From Candidatus Multivoradales bacterium (GTDB lineage: Bacteria; Acidobacteriota; Thermoanaerobaculia; Multivoradales; J023), in NCBI GenBank assembly GCA_965248925.1, contig CBDFLE010000006.1:416001-480000 (forward strand): DNA of 64,000 nucleotides. The letters are read 5' to 3'. This document shows, piece after piece, positions 30,760 through 39,815 of this stretch (positions are counted from its first letter, which is position 1; the number at the start of each line of letters is the position of its first letter). The notes under the pieces are model-generated. The model made no database searches. It was not told the origin of the DNA and saw nothing but the letters and a program-made list of their open reading frames with translations. A program made the position numbers and the translations under genes.

Positions 30760-30926
30760 CGCGCCTGCCGCTGATTGTCCAGCCGTTGTTCGAGGGCCCG
30801 CAGGCGTTGTTCCAGCCGCTCCAGAGCCAACAAGATCATGACGTGGGTTTTCTTGGCGTCGATGCCCACCGGGCTGCTGTCGCTCTCGATCTGCGCCGCG
30901 ATGCGTTGGTAGTCGTGGTCATTCAT
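30756..30926 (-). CDS. Small (56 aa) coiled-coil protein, absent from the ORF track
   Basis: AAGGAG RBS; [56 protein letters not shown]; GTGA coupling to tauE. Confidence 0.75.
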   Translation of the reverse strand: MNDHDYQRIAAQIESDSSPVGIDAKKTHVMILLALERLEQRLRALEQRLDNQRQAR

Positions 30927-30945
30927 AGCTTACTCCTTGAGGGAC

Positions 30946-32364
30946 TCAGGACGCCTGCTCGGACCACCGGGAGAAGAGGTCGTCGACCAGCGACACCTCG
31001 CGGCCGGCGCGCGCCAACATGGAAAGGGCCGCCGAAGCGCGAGCACCGCTACGGCAGTGAACCAGCAACCTCCCCGCCTCCGGCACTTCGTCGAGACGAG
31101 CCAGCAGGCGGGTGTGGGCGATGTTCAAAGCGCCGGGGATATTGCCCGCGGCATACTCCGCGGCACCGCGAACGTCGAGCACCGTAACTTGGGGCAGGTG
31201 GCGAGCCTTCTCCAGCTCGGCAAAATCTATCACCTGGGTCTTAACCATTCCTGGTTCGAAGGTCGGGTCCTCGAGCATCGCCGGGGTCACGAAATCGCCG
31301 ACTTGATCGAATCCGATGCAGATGAGATCGCGAATCGCTTCCTCGATCTGCTCCTCGTCGATCACCAGGATGATCTTCTGTTCCAGAAGGGCGTAAGAGC
31401 CGACGAGCGAGAGAAAGGTGCGGTCGAAGGGAGCGTAAAGCGAACCCTCGAGATGGCCGTCCATAAAGGCCAGACGATCAAGCCGGGTGTCAACGACGAC
31501 CGTCCCCGCTTCGCCCATGGCGGTGGTCAGCTCGGCGGTACTGAGAGGCCGCGCGGCAGGCAGACCGCCAAGCACCGGCGGGCCGGTCCGGTTGAGCATC
31601 TTCATGGTGGCGAAATAGAGCGGCGGCTCGGGTTGGCCGCCAAGGATCGACTCGACAAAGGCGTCCTCGCCGCAGCTGGCGGCGTCGATGGAGGCATTGT
31701 AACGCTTCTCATATCCTACCGTCGAAGAAGGCACTGCGCCGAGGGCCTTGCCACAGGCGCTCCCGGCACCGTGGGCCGGCCACACCTGAACGAAGTCGGG
31801 CAGGGCCAGAAAGCGATCGACACTGCGATAGAGAGTGCGGGCGGAAGGCTCCCGCTCACCGACCATGCCAGCCGCCGTCTCCAGCAGATCCGGCCGGCCG
31901 AGATCGCCGACAAAGACAAAGTCACCACTGGCGATACCGATCGGCTCGGCGGCGCCACCGCCGTGATCAGTGATGACGAAGCTCATATGCTCCGGCGTGT
32001 GTCCCGGCGTATGCAGGGCCTTGATTTCGATCTGGCCCACTTGGAAAGTGTCGCCGTCGCGCAGTAGCCGCACATCGTAATCGTCGCCTGCCGCCCACTC
32101 GGACTGCCAATCAGGGCCTCCTTCAGCCGACAAGTAGAGCTTGGCGCCGGTCTGCTCGGCCAACTCGCGGGCGCCGGACAGAAAATCAGCGTGAATATGC
32201 GTCTCGGCGATCGCCGTCAACCGCAGCCCTTCCTGGCGGACCAGCTCGATATAGCGGTCAACATCTCGCTCAGGGTCGATGATCAACGCCTCGCCGGTGC
32301 GTTGACAGCCGATCAGGTAAGAGTATTGGGCCAGCTTGGGGTCGAAGATCTGCCGTAGAAGCAT
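30946..32364 (-). CDS. MBL-fold hydrolase-rhodanese fusion (persulfide dioxygenase/sulfurtransferase, CstB-like)
   Basis: ETHIHADFLSG, TPGHTPEH, GRPDLL, PAHGAGSACGK; rhodanese HCRSGAR. Confidence 0.92.
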   Translation of the reverse strand: MLLRQIFDPKLAQYSYLIGCQRTGEALIIDPERDVDRYIELVRQEGLRLTAIAETHIHADFLSGARELAEQTGAKLYLSAEGGPDWQSEWAAGDDYDVRLLRDGDTFQVGQIEIKALHTPGHTPEHMSFVITDHGGGAAEPIGIASGDFVFVGDLGRPDLLETAAGMVGEREPSARTLYRSVDRFLALPDFVQVWPAHGAGSACGKALGAVPSSTVGYEKRYNASIDAASCGEDAFVESILGGQPEPPLYFATMKMLNRTGPPVLGGLPAARPLSTAELTTAMGEAGTVVVDTRLDRLAFMDGHLEGSLYAPFDRTFLSLVGSYALLEQKIILVIDEEQIEEAIRDLICIGFDQVGDFVTPAMLEDPTFEPGMVKTQVIDFAELEKARHLPQVTVLDVRGAAEYAAGNIPGALNIAHTRLLARLDEVPEAGRLLVHCRSGARASAALSMLARAGREVSLVDDLFSRWSEQAS

Positions 32365-32499
32365 GCTCTATCCTCCGAGTTTTCGATGGGGTCGCTGCGA
32401 GGTTACGAGGCAGTGTAGTACGGAGCGATCCAGTAAGAGGCAATCCAGTAGGAGGCGACCCGATCACATCCGGTCCGTTACCGAGGGACTGAAGATCTT

Positions 32500-32512
32500 C
32501 CCCCCCCCCCCC
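32500..32512. repeat. Poly-C homopolymer (13 C)
   Basis: Run of C immediately before an FNR-like box in a divergent intergenic region. Confidence 0.9.
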
Positions 32513-32513
32513 A

Positions 32514-32527
32514 TTGACCTGGGTCAA
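32514..32527. promoter_or_regulatory. FNR/Dnr-type box
   Basis: TTGAC-CTGG-GTCAA palindrome resembling TTGAT-N4-ATCAA. Confidence 0.7.
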
Positions 32528-32662
32528 GGAAACCGCGGACCCCGGTCAATAGCCTCCCTCCGAACACCGCGGCGCAGCCCCAGTGTTGTTGGTTGATCTC
32601 TGCGCCCAGTCGGTCGATCCTGGCCAGAGAACCACTCCCTGAAGACTAATGAGGTCCCTGAG

Positions 32663-33877
32663 ATGATACAGAAAGCACTCCTACCAGCGGCTCTGGCCGC
32701 CTTTCTGCTAGCCAGCCCAATCTTGGCGGCGGATCCCCCCGCGACGGTAGATGAGCGCCTGGAGCGTCTGGAACGGATGTTCGACAAGTTGGCCAGCGAG
32801 AACGAGAGGCTGCGCCAAGAGAACGCCGAGCTGAAGGCCAAACAAGAGGACACCGACGAGAAGATCGAAGCCGTGGCCGACGCTCAACTCGCAGGCGGAA
32901 GCAGCGCTGGCGCGGCCGAGAAGAGGCTGCACCTCGGTGGCTATGGCGAATTGCACTACAACAACCTCGACAGTAAAGAAGAGATCGACTTGCACCGCTT
33001 CGTAACCTACCTCGGCTACGACTTCTCCGACAGAACTCGGTTCTTCTCGGAACTCGAGGTCGAGCACTCGATCGCCGGTGACGGCAAGGCCGGCGAGGTC
33101 GAAGTGGAACAGGCCTACATCGAGCATGATCTCGATGACGACTCCAGCGTCAGATTCGGTCTGTTTCTGATTCCTGTTGGCATCGTCAACGAGACCCACG
33201 AGCCGCCGACCTTCTACGGCGTGGAACGTAACCCGGTAGAGAAAGACATCATCCCCGCCACCTGGTGGGAGGGTGGTGCCGGCTACACCCGGCGCTTTGC
33301 TGAAGGCTTGACCCTGGATCTGGCGCTGACCTCGGGTTTGAACACTCCGACCTCGGGCGGCAATGCATTCAAGATCCGCAACGGTCGACAGAAAGTGGGC
33401 AAGGCCAAGGCACAGAACTTCGCCTTCACCAGCCGACTGAAGTGGAGTGCAATCCCCGGCGTCGAAGTTGCCGCTACTTGCCAATACCAGGATGACCTCA
33501 CCCAAGGAGCGCTCGACGTCGACGCCACCCTCTTCGAGGTCCACACCGCCATCCAGAAAGGGGGCTTCGGTCTCCGCGCGCTCTACGCATTCTGGGATCT
33601 GAGCGGAGCCGAGCCGGAAGCGATTGGCCGCGACGAGCAAGAAGGCTTCTACATCGAGCCTTCGTTCAAGTTCGGCGACAAGTTTGGCATCTTCGCCCGC
33701 TACTCCGAATGGGACAACAACTCTGGCAGTCCGGCCGACACGACCAAAGAACAGACCGATTTCGGCTTCAACTACTGGCTCAACCCCAGCGTGGTGCTGA
33801 AGGCTGACTACATGGACCAGGGAGGCGCCGCCAACGACAGCGGCTTCAACCTGGGCGTCGGCTACAGCTTCCCCTGA
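32663..33877 (+). CDS. Outer-membrane porin with N-terminal coiled coil (OprO/P-like)
   Basis: Signal peptide, coiled coil, GGYGELHYNN, ELEVEH, HEPPTFYGVER, C-terminal GVGYSF. Confidence 0.85.
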   Translation: MIQKALLPAALAAFLLASPILAADPPATVDERLERLERMFDKLASENERLRQENAELKAKQEDTDEKIEAVADAQLAGGSSAGAAEKRLHLGGYGELHYNNLDSKEEIDLHRFVTYLGYDFSDRTRFFSELEVEHSIAGDGKAGEVEVEQAYIEHDLDDDSSVRFGLFLIPVGIVNETHEPPTFYGVERNPVEKDIIPATWWEGGAGYTRRFAEGLTLDLALTSGLNTPTSGGNAFKIRNGRQKVGKAKAQNFAFTSRLKWSAIPGVEVAATCQYQDDLTQGALDVDATLFEVHTAIQKGGFGLRALYAFWDLSGAEPEAIGRDEQEGFYIEPSFKFGDKFGIFARYSEWDNNSGSPADTTKEQTDFGFNYWLNPSVVLKADYMDQGGAANDSGFNLGVGYSFP

Positions 33878-34416
33878 GACTGACGGCAGAAATTATCCAG
33901 CTAGACAGGTGACTGGCACCCTAGCTGAATAGTCCGAGCCATCACCAAGACGCCAAAGCAATCACCGCCTGGATCATCGCAACCCCGACCAAGTACTGTT
34001 GCTGCCTGAGCCGGGAATCGCTCGCCACCCTGTCGACCAAACTGCGGATCTCCCCCGCCAGCCGCAACTGGCCTGAAGCGTCCAATCCAAAGCTGAGCGT
34101 GCCAAAGATCAGACCGAACTTGCGACAACAAGGACAGAGCACCAACACATGATCTTCCCCAAAACGACCGATCTGGTCCGCGTCCGGGGTTGAGTCAGCA
34201 ACAGCCTGTTCTTCTATTATCGCCGGTAGCGCAGAGAAATCGCCGCGTTGCGGCCGGGGCTGGTGTAGCGATCGAGAGACGACGAGTCCTGCTGCCTACC
34301 CAGGACGTTGAACCACTGCCAATGGGAGTTCCGCCGACGACTACCGAACGAGTGGTTTGCTGCGTGCTTGCCGGTAGCGGCAAAGAGAAAGGACACGGGA
34401 TTTCTCCCGAAGGGCT

Positions 34417-35193
34417 TTACCGAAGGGGCGACACATCTGCCTGCGGGCCAGGACAGCCCCAGGAGCGTCCGCCGCAGAGGTTGCAGCATTTCTCGATCTC
34501 GAGGCTCTTGCGGTCGACAATGGCGATTGCCTCTCCGTCGAATCGGATGACGCTTCTGGCCCGCAAGCGGGCCAGCACTCGCGACAGGGTTTCTGGCTTG
34601 ATGGTCAATCGTGACGCCAGAATGTGCTTGGGTACTCCCAGAGTGAACCGATCACCGGCTTGAGCAATGTCGGCTTGCTGAAGCAAGTAGGCCAGTACCC
34701 TCTGGGTGGCGGTCTGGAGGGTGATCTGCTCGATCTCGTCCAGCAAAAAGCTCTCGCGGCGACGCAGCGTCGCCATCAGCTTGAAGCACAGCTCAACAGA
34801 GTCATTCATCAGCAAACGCAACTGCTGGTTGTCAAAGGCCATCAACGAACAGTCCGCCACCGCCCTGGCATTCAGCGTGTAGCGCCCGTCGGGAATGAAG
34901 ACTGGCCCTTCACCAAAAGTCTCTCCAGGCTCGATGACCGCGAAGATCTTCTCCTCGCCAGCCTCCGACTCGCGAAACAAGACAATACGGCCGCTGCTGA
35001 CGACATAAAACCGCTCGGCCAAGTCACCCTGGGCGTACAACCACTCGCCACGGCGTAGCTCGACCGGCCGCATCGAGCCCAACATCTTCTGCCTCTGCTC
35101 GCCATCAAGATCTTCGAAGAGGTAAATGTCGTGGCTCAGATCGGCGGTGCCGCCAATGCCCTCCACCTCCAAGGCTAGAGGTTGTCGGGACAT
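34417..35193 (-). CDS. Crp/Fnr-family regulator (Dnr-like) with Cys-rich C-terminal tail
   Basis: cNMP-binding fold (GETFGE), HTH LASRLTIKPETLSRVL; tail CCNLCGGRSWGC; start uncertain. Confidence 0.88.
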   Translation of the reverse strand: MSRQPLALEVEGIGGTADLSHDIYLFEDLDGEQRQKMLGSMRPVELRRGEWLYAQGDLAERFYVVSSGRIVLFRESEAGEEKIFAVIEPGETFGEGPVFIPDGRYTLNARAVADCSLMAFDNQQLRLLMNDSVELCFKLMATLRRRESFLLDEIEQITLQTATQRVLAYLLQQADIAQAGDRFTLGVPKHILASRLTIKPETLSRVLARLRARSVIRFDGEAIAIVDRKSLEIEKCCNLCGGRSWGCPGPQADVSPLR

Positions 35194-35315
35194 CGTGCCG
35201 GCAGCCTCTAGCATCGGCCTGCCCCCTCTGCCACGGTAGAGCCTTGACCGGGAGCGGTGCGCTGGGACTTGAAGGTTGGTCGCATGGTTGGCGTAGTCCA
35301 GGTTCTCGAACAATT

Positions 35316-35334
35316 ATTGAGAATTAGTCTCAAT
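35316..35334. promoter_or_regulatory. Fur-family-like palindromic box
   Basis: ATTGAGAATTAGTCTCAAT, a 19-bp AT-rich palindrome. Confidence 0.6.
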
Positions 35335-35598
35335 TGATAGCCAAAACAAAAGGCCGCGGGCGGCGCTGGTGGTCATCGGCGAGCCGCAGCAGGGCACGGA
35401 ACTCACCCTGCGGCTGGCAACGGTGGCGCTCACAGATGGTTCTTGGGCCGGTGGCTTGATCACGATGGGATGGCTTCAAAATAGGCATGGTGTCAGAGAG
35501 ATTTCATTCTGAAACGATGCGGTCGTGTTTGTCAAATCCGACTATTGGGAGTCGCGCCCGCTAGAGATGTCACTAGCGGTCTGAGTAGGGATATGACT

Positions 35599-35653
35599 GG
35601 CACCCCACTTCGGCACCCCACTTCGGCAGCACCCCACCTCGGCACCCCACCTC
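35599..35653. repeat. 13-bp tandem repeat, ~4 copies
   Basis: ggcaccccac(t/c)tc units. Confidence 0.85.
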
Positions 35654-35690
35654 CTTCGCCAACAAGCCATCCCGAGAAGGGGCCACTCTC

Positions 35691-35704
35691 TTGACCTGGA
35701 TCAA
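35691..35704. promoter_or_regulatory. FNR/Dnr-type box
   Basis: TTGAC-CTGG-ATCAA, 13/14 identical to the box at 32514. Confidence 0.75.
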
Positions 35705-35796
35705 GGGAACAGCGATCAGTCGGTAGTAGTTTCTCTCTAAGTCGACCCAGAGACTGCTAACGTCCCGCTGGTAAAGTCCGGAATGTGAGTTCGCCT

Positions 35797-36345
35797 ATGT
35801 ACCGCTACTTCTTCAGCATCTGCACGATCCTGGCCCTGGCTCTTGCCGTGGCCGCCAAGCCTGCCGGGTCGGGGCAGGGTATTTATCAAGAACCTACGGA
35901 TTTCCTGGACGAGGTCTTCGCGGGTGAGCCGCCGGCTTCGGAGGTTCTGTGGATCACCAAGGCGCTGCGCCCGGAGGTCGAACGTATCCTCGGACATGGC
36001 TTGGGAGCGCTGCGCGTGCGCTACTGGCGCCACGCCGAACGCACCGCTTGGATTCTCGATGAGGTCGGCAAGGACAAGCCCATCACCACCGGGGTCGTAG
36101 TCCATCAGGGGCAGATCGAACGCACCAAGGTGCTGGTTTTTCGCGAGTCTCGGGGCTGGGAGGTTCGCTACCCAGCTTTCGTGGCGCAATTCAGCGGCGC
36201 CAAGTTGGCAGTGGGCGGACTGGATCGCCATATCGACGGCATTACCGGCGCCACACTGTCGGTGCGGGCGGTGAGCAAGGTAGCGCACCTCGCCCTGTAC
36301 TTCCATCAGCGAGTCACCGCTCCGCGGGACGCTGTATCGGGATGA
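35797..36345 (+). CDS. Exported FMN-binding protein
   Basis: Signal peptide; IDGITGATLS covalent flavinylation motif; FRESRGWEV. Confidence 0.88.
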   Translation: MYRYFFSICTILALALAVAAKPAGSGQGIYQEPTDFLDEVFAGEPPASEVLWITKALRPEVERILGHGLGALRVRYWRHAERTAWILDEVGKDKPITTGVVVHQGQIERTKVLVFRESRGWEVRYPAFVAQFSGAKLAVGGLDRHIDGITGATLSVRAVSKVAHLALYFHQRVTAPRDAVSG

Positions 36346-37136
36346 TCCTCCGCCCACGAGGCTACCGCTCGAACTATCGCTCCAAGCGCCGCACCTTCCG
36401 CCGGCTACATCGCTACGCCGGTCTGACGGCCGCTCTGCTGGTGGTGCTGCTGGCGACTACCGGCCTGCTGCTCAACCACAGCGCGCGGCTGCGACTCGGC
36501 TCTCGCCACATCGGATTCGCGCCTCTCCTCGCTTGGTACAACCTCGACGATACGCCGGAAATCAAGAGCTTCGGCCTAGGCAAGAGCTGGGTGAGCTGTG
36601 TCGGCGGGGCGATCTTCATCGGTCGCCAGCCGCTGCAGGCGGTCGCTGGCTGTCCAGTCGGAGTGGTCAAGGCGGCCGAGATGTGGGTTGTGGCGACTCC
36701 GCATGAGCTTGTCCTGCTGACCGCCGACGGGGAATTGATCGAGCGCCTGGGCTCGGCCACCGGGGTGCCCCAAGGAATCTCGGCCCTGGGAACTCTCCCA
36801 GGTGCAACTCTGGCGCTGGCCACCACCAACGGCTGGCACAGCGCCGACCTTGAACTGCTGCACTGGCAACATCTGGACTCGGACGCGAAGGTGATCTGGA
36901 GCCGGCCAGGCAGCACCCCGACAGAACTCCGGGACGAGTTGCTCGAAACTTACCGCGGTCCTGGTTTGACCCTCGAGCGCTTGGTTCAGGATCTCCACAG
37001 TGGCCGGCTTTTCGGCCGCTGGGGCACGCTGGTGATGGACGCCACCGCCGTGCTCTGTCTGATCCTGGTGGTCAGCGGGCTAGTGCTGTGGCGTCAAGGC
37101 GGCGGCGCCATGAAACCGCCGCCACCCAGCTTCTAA
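36342..37136 (+). CDS. PepSY-associated TM helix protein
   Basis: LHRYAG...TGLLLNH and DLHSGR.FG..G...MD...SG motifs; ATGA-coupled. Confidence 0.85.
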   Translation: MILRPRGYRSNYRSKRRTFRRLHRYAGLTAALLVVLLATTGLLLNHSARLRLGSRHIGFAPLLAWYNLDDTPEIKSFGLGKSWVSCVGGAIFIGRQPLQAVAGCPVGVVKAAEMWVVATPHELVLLTADGELIERLGSATGVPQGISALGTLPGATLALATTNGWHSADLELLHWQHLDSDAKVIWSRPGSTPTELRDELLETYRGPGLTLERLVQDLHSGRLFGRWGTLVMDATAVLCLILVVSGLVLWRQGGGAMKPPPPSF

Positions 37137-37227
37137 GACTCCACGGCGGCGGCGGACAATGCGCCGAAACCACCCCCTCGGCAAAGTAGTCCAACCTCTC
37201 TGAAACCCACCCCCGGTAGCCGGATAT

Positions 37228-38007
37228 TCAACTGCCGGCCGAATCGCGAAAATAGTGCCCAGGAGCCTCGCCAAGGAGGCGTCGGAACATGGCGATGAAG
37301 GCGCTGGTACCACTGAAGCCGACAGCCAGCGCGATCGAGGTCACCGACTCGCCAGCGGCGAGCCGTCGCAGAGCCTCGAGCAGTCGCACCTGCTGGCGCC
37401 AGCGACCGAAAGTCATCCTGGTCTCGCGGCGGAAGAGCCGCTCCAGGGTTCGCGCGCTAGCCCCGCTTCCTGGCGCCAGATCGAGCAGAGACCCAGCCCA
37501 CGCCGGATCGGCGACAACCATCTTCGCGACGAACCGAGCACGAGGGTCGCGAGGCCAGGTGATGAGTAACGGCTCCTCGGGAGTCAGCCGGATCTGATCC
37601 ACCAGCACCGCCGCCAGGCGCCCCTGCTCCACCATGTCGTCGCGCAGCATGCCGAGTCGGATGACTTCGAGCAACAACTCTCGGAGCAGCGCCGACACCG
37701 ACAAGATAGAGCAGGTCTGGGGCAGAGCCACGCCAAGGTCAGGGCGCAGGTAAAGCGTTCGCAAGCGGACGCTGCCGGTGGTCGCGATCCCGTGCTGGGT
37801 TCCACCAGGCACCCAGGCTGCCCGGTGTGAGGGGACAACCCAGGAGCCGACCTCGGTTTCAACCGTCATTACGCCTTCGGTGGCATAAACCAACTGGCCC
37901 CACGGATGGCGATGGTTGTCTATGCGATAGCCGGCAGGCAGACGGAGGGCTAGCGAGCGAACCATGATCCGCTCTTCTGGTCCTTCGGACTGTCGTTCTT
38001 GCGACAT
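37228..38007 (-). CDS. AraC-family regulator (cupin + HTH)
   Basis: HRHPWGQL, RTLERLF..ET..TF..WRQQ.RL, SAFIAMFRR. Confidence 0.92.
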   Translation of the reverse strand: MSQERQSEGPEERIMVRSLALRLPAGYRIDNHRHPWGQLVYATEGVMTVETEVGSWVVPSHRAAWVPGGTQHGIATTGSVRLRTLYLRPDLGVALPQTCSILSVSALLRELLLEVIRLGMLRDDMVEQGRLAAVLVDQIRLTPEEPLLITWPRDPRARFVAKMVVADPAWAGSLLDLAPGSGASARTLERLFRRETRMTFGRWRQQVRLLEALRRLAAGESVTSIALAVGFSGTSAFIAMFRRLLGEAPGHYFRDSAGS

Positions 38008-38095
38008 AACTTGGCAGAATAGCGCAAGTCAGCCAACACTGCTAAACCCTACAATGCCAAGGAACCCTCCGACAAGCCCGGCAGAGGAGCCATCG

Positions 38096-38470
38096 ATGCC
38101 CAATGACATAGCCCATTTCGCTATTCACGCCGACGATTGCCAGCGCGCCAAAACCTTCTACGAATCGGTCTTTGGTTGGACCTTCGAGCCCTGGGGACCG
38201 CCCAACTTCTGGCGCATCCACACCAGCCCAGGAGCGATTCACGGTGCCCTCCAGGAACGCCGGCAACCCGTCTCTGGGCCGGGCATGATCGGCTACGAGT
38301 GCTCGATCTCAGTGACCGACGTCAAGAACATCGCCAAGGCGATCAACGCCCATGGCGACCAAACCACTATGCCACCCTGCGAAATCGAGGGAGTAGGAAC
38401 CTTGGTCATGTTCCAAGACACCGAAGGCAACGTGGCGGGCGCGATGCAATACTTGGCGGGGGTACTCTGA
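38096..38470 (+). CDS. VOC/glyoxalase-family protein
   Basis: HFAIHADD..RA..FY..VFGW.F; FQDTEGN. Confidence 0.9.
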   Translation: MPNDIAHFAIHADDCQRAKTFYESVFGWTFEPWGPPNFWRIHTSPGAIHGALQERRQPVSGPGMIGYECSISVTDVKNIAKAINAHGDQTTMPPCEIEGVGTLVMFQDTEGNVAGAMQYLAGVL

Positions 38471-38819
38471 AGCGATCGCGAACTTCACGAGATCACCACC
38501 CCATCCTGACCCGAGGCTCACCGACCCTTGGCCGCTGTAAGTCCTACGATGCTTCCTGCCCCCCGGCCAGAAGGGCTACGTCAGCTGCTACGGGTCGACT
38601 TCCGGATGGGCCTATGTGGCCTGCGGTTCCTGCCCGTCGGACAGCTGCAACAAGAAAAGTAGCTAGAACTTTGGTTTGGGCGGCAGCGGCCAGCAGGTCC
38701 GCCACCGCAACCCTTGTTCATCGGGTAGAGCCTGCCATTGGCGCCCTGAGTCACAATCGCCCGGGGCGCACAGTTTCGTGCCTGTGCCAGGTGAGTCAGA
38801 CCCGATCCGCAGAGCTTCC

Positions 38820-39443
38820 CTACCGCTGACGGCAATCAGCGCAGAAGGTCTTGCCAGTGCGCACATGGTAGACCGCGACCTGCCCCGCATCGATCGCCGC
38901 GGCACAACCATCGCAGAGGGTACCGACGGTCAGTTTGGTGCTCTCGTAGCCCTCGAAAGGCACTTCCACACCAGCAACTCGGCGGGCATTCGGCCGATCC
39001 TTGACAATCGCCCGGCGGAAAATCTCGTCAAGGTCACGAATACGGCGGGCCATCTCGGGCGCGACGCCGTGACTTAACAGACAGTCGCGCATCACATCTT
39101 CCCGGTAGTCGAAGAGTTCGTCAGAAATCACCATCCAGTGGTGCGCGTTGCGCGGATGGTTGCCCAGGTAATTGCGCGCACCGGTGAAGGTGGAGTGCAT
39201 AAAGTTGAATTGCTTGTCGATCGCCCAGCTGATCTGCACCCCTTCAAAGAAGGGTGCGAGGCGGTCATCGGCATAGACCCGGCGGTAAAAATCCTCAAGA
39301 ATGCGGCGCAGCCCAGAGCGGCCTCCCAGAGCCTCCAGCAGCTCGGGATCCGGCGCCAGCCGTCCGCCGCGGGTTTTACCCTGCCAGGCCGCGGGGTCAC
39401 CAGGGTCGGGAATCGAGAATGTCTCGGGGGTAGCTGATTTCAT
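38820..39443 (-). CDS. Truncated hemoglobin with C-terminal zinc-finger-like domain
   Basis: LGG..G...I..DFYRRV..D.RL..FF, KQ..F..., AH; tail CDGC...CADC. Confidence 0.75.
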   Translation of the reverse strand: MKSATPETFSIPDPGDPAAWQGKTRGGRLAPDPELLEALGGRSGLRRILEDFYRRVYADDRLAPFFEGVQISWAIDKQFNFMHSTFTGARNYLGNHPRNAHHWMVISDELFDYREDVMRDCLLSHGVAPEMARRIRDLDEIFRRAIVKDRPNARRVAGVEVPFEGYESTKLTVGTLCDGCAAAIDAGQVAVYHVRTGKTFCADCRQR

Positions 39444-39489
39444 AGCAGACGCATCATACCGCAGCAGACAACAATGATCGACCCGTCCC

Positions 39490-39630
39490 ACGGCGCTGAT
39501 CAGCGGCACGGTCGGCGGCACTGCCGACTTTGGCCGTTCGCGGGCCGATGTCGATGATGCTGTGGTACTGATCGAGAAAGGCAGGATTACCGCCTTTGGC
39601 TCAGTGCGATCACTCGCACTTGGTACTTTC
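39490..39630 (+). pseudogene. Amidohydrolase N-terminal remnant
   Basis: TALISGT...DAVVLIEKGRITAFG with no continuation. Confidence 0.5.
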
Positions 39631-39815
39631 AATCAGCGGTTTCATGGCCTCGAACCGCCGTAGCTCGGCAGCACAATACGATCACAAATGGCCGCGAAAA
39701 AACTTGAACGGGCGCCGAGCCATTTTCTTGGTTGATACCTCAGCATGGACAAATGAGCGGCAAGGGACTCTCCTGAAAGTCCTACCTCGAAGCCCAAGCC
39801 ACTGTCGACATAAAC

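Noticed and set aside
30937-32067. 376-aa plus-strand ORF (and similar long ORFs such as 32708..33640, 48877..49977, 52907..54094, 53955..55271)
   Set aside because: Antisense shadows of well-supported genes in GC-rich DNA, with no recognisable motifs
33901-34400. Short ORFs between the porin and the Crp/Fnr gene
   Set aside because: No RBS or motif support; cannot be distinguished from noise
35599-35653. 13-bp tandem repeat as a mini-array
   Set aside because: Simple contiguous VNTR-like repeat with no spacers
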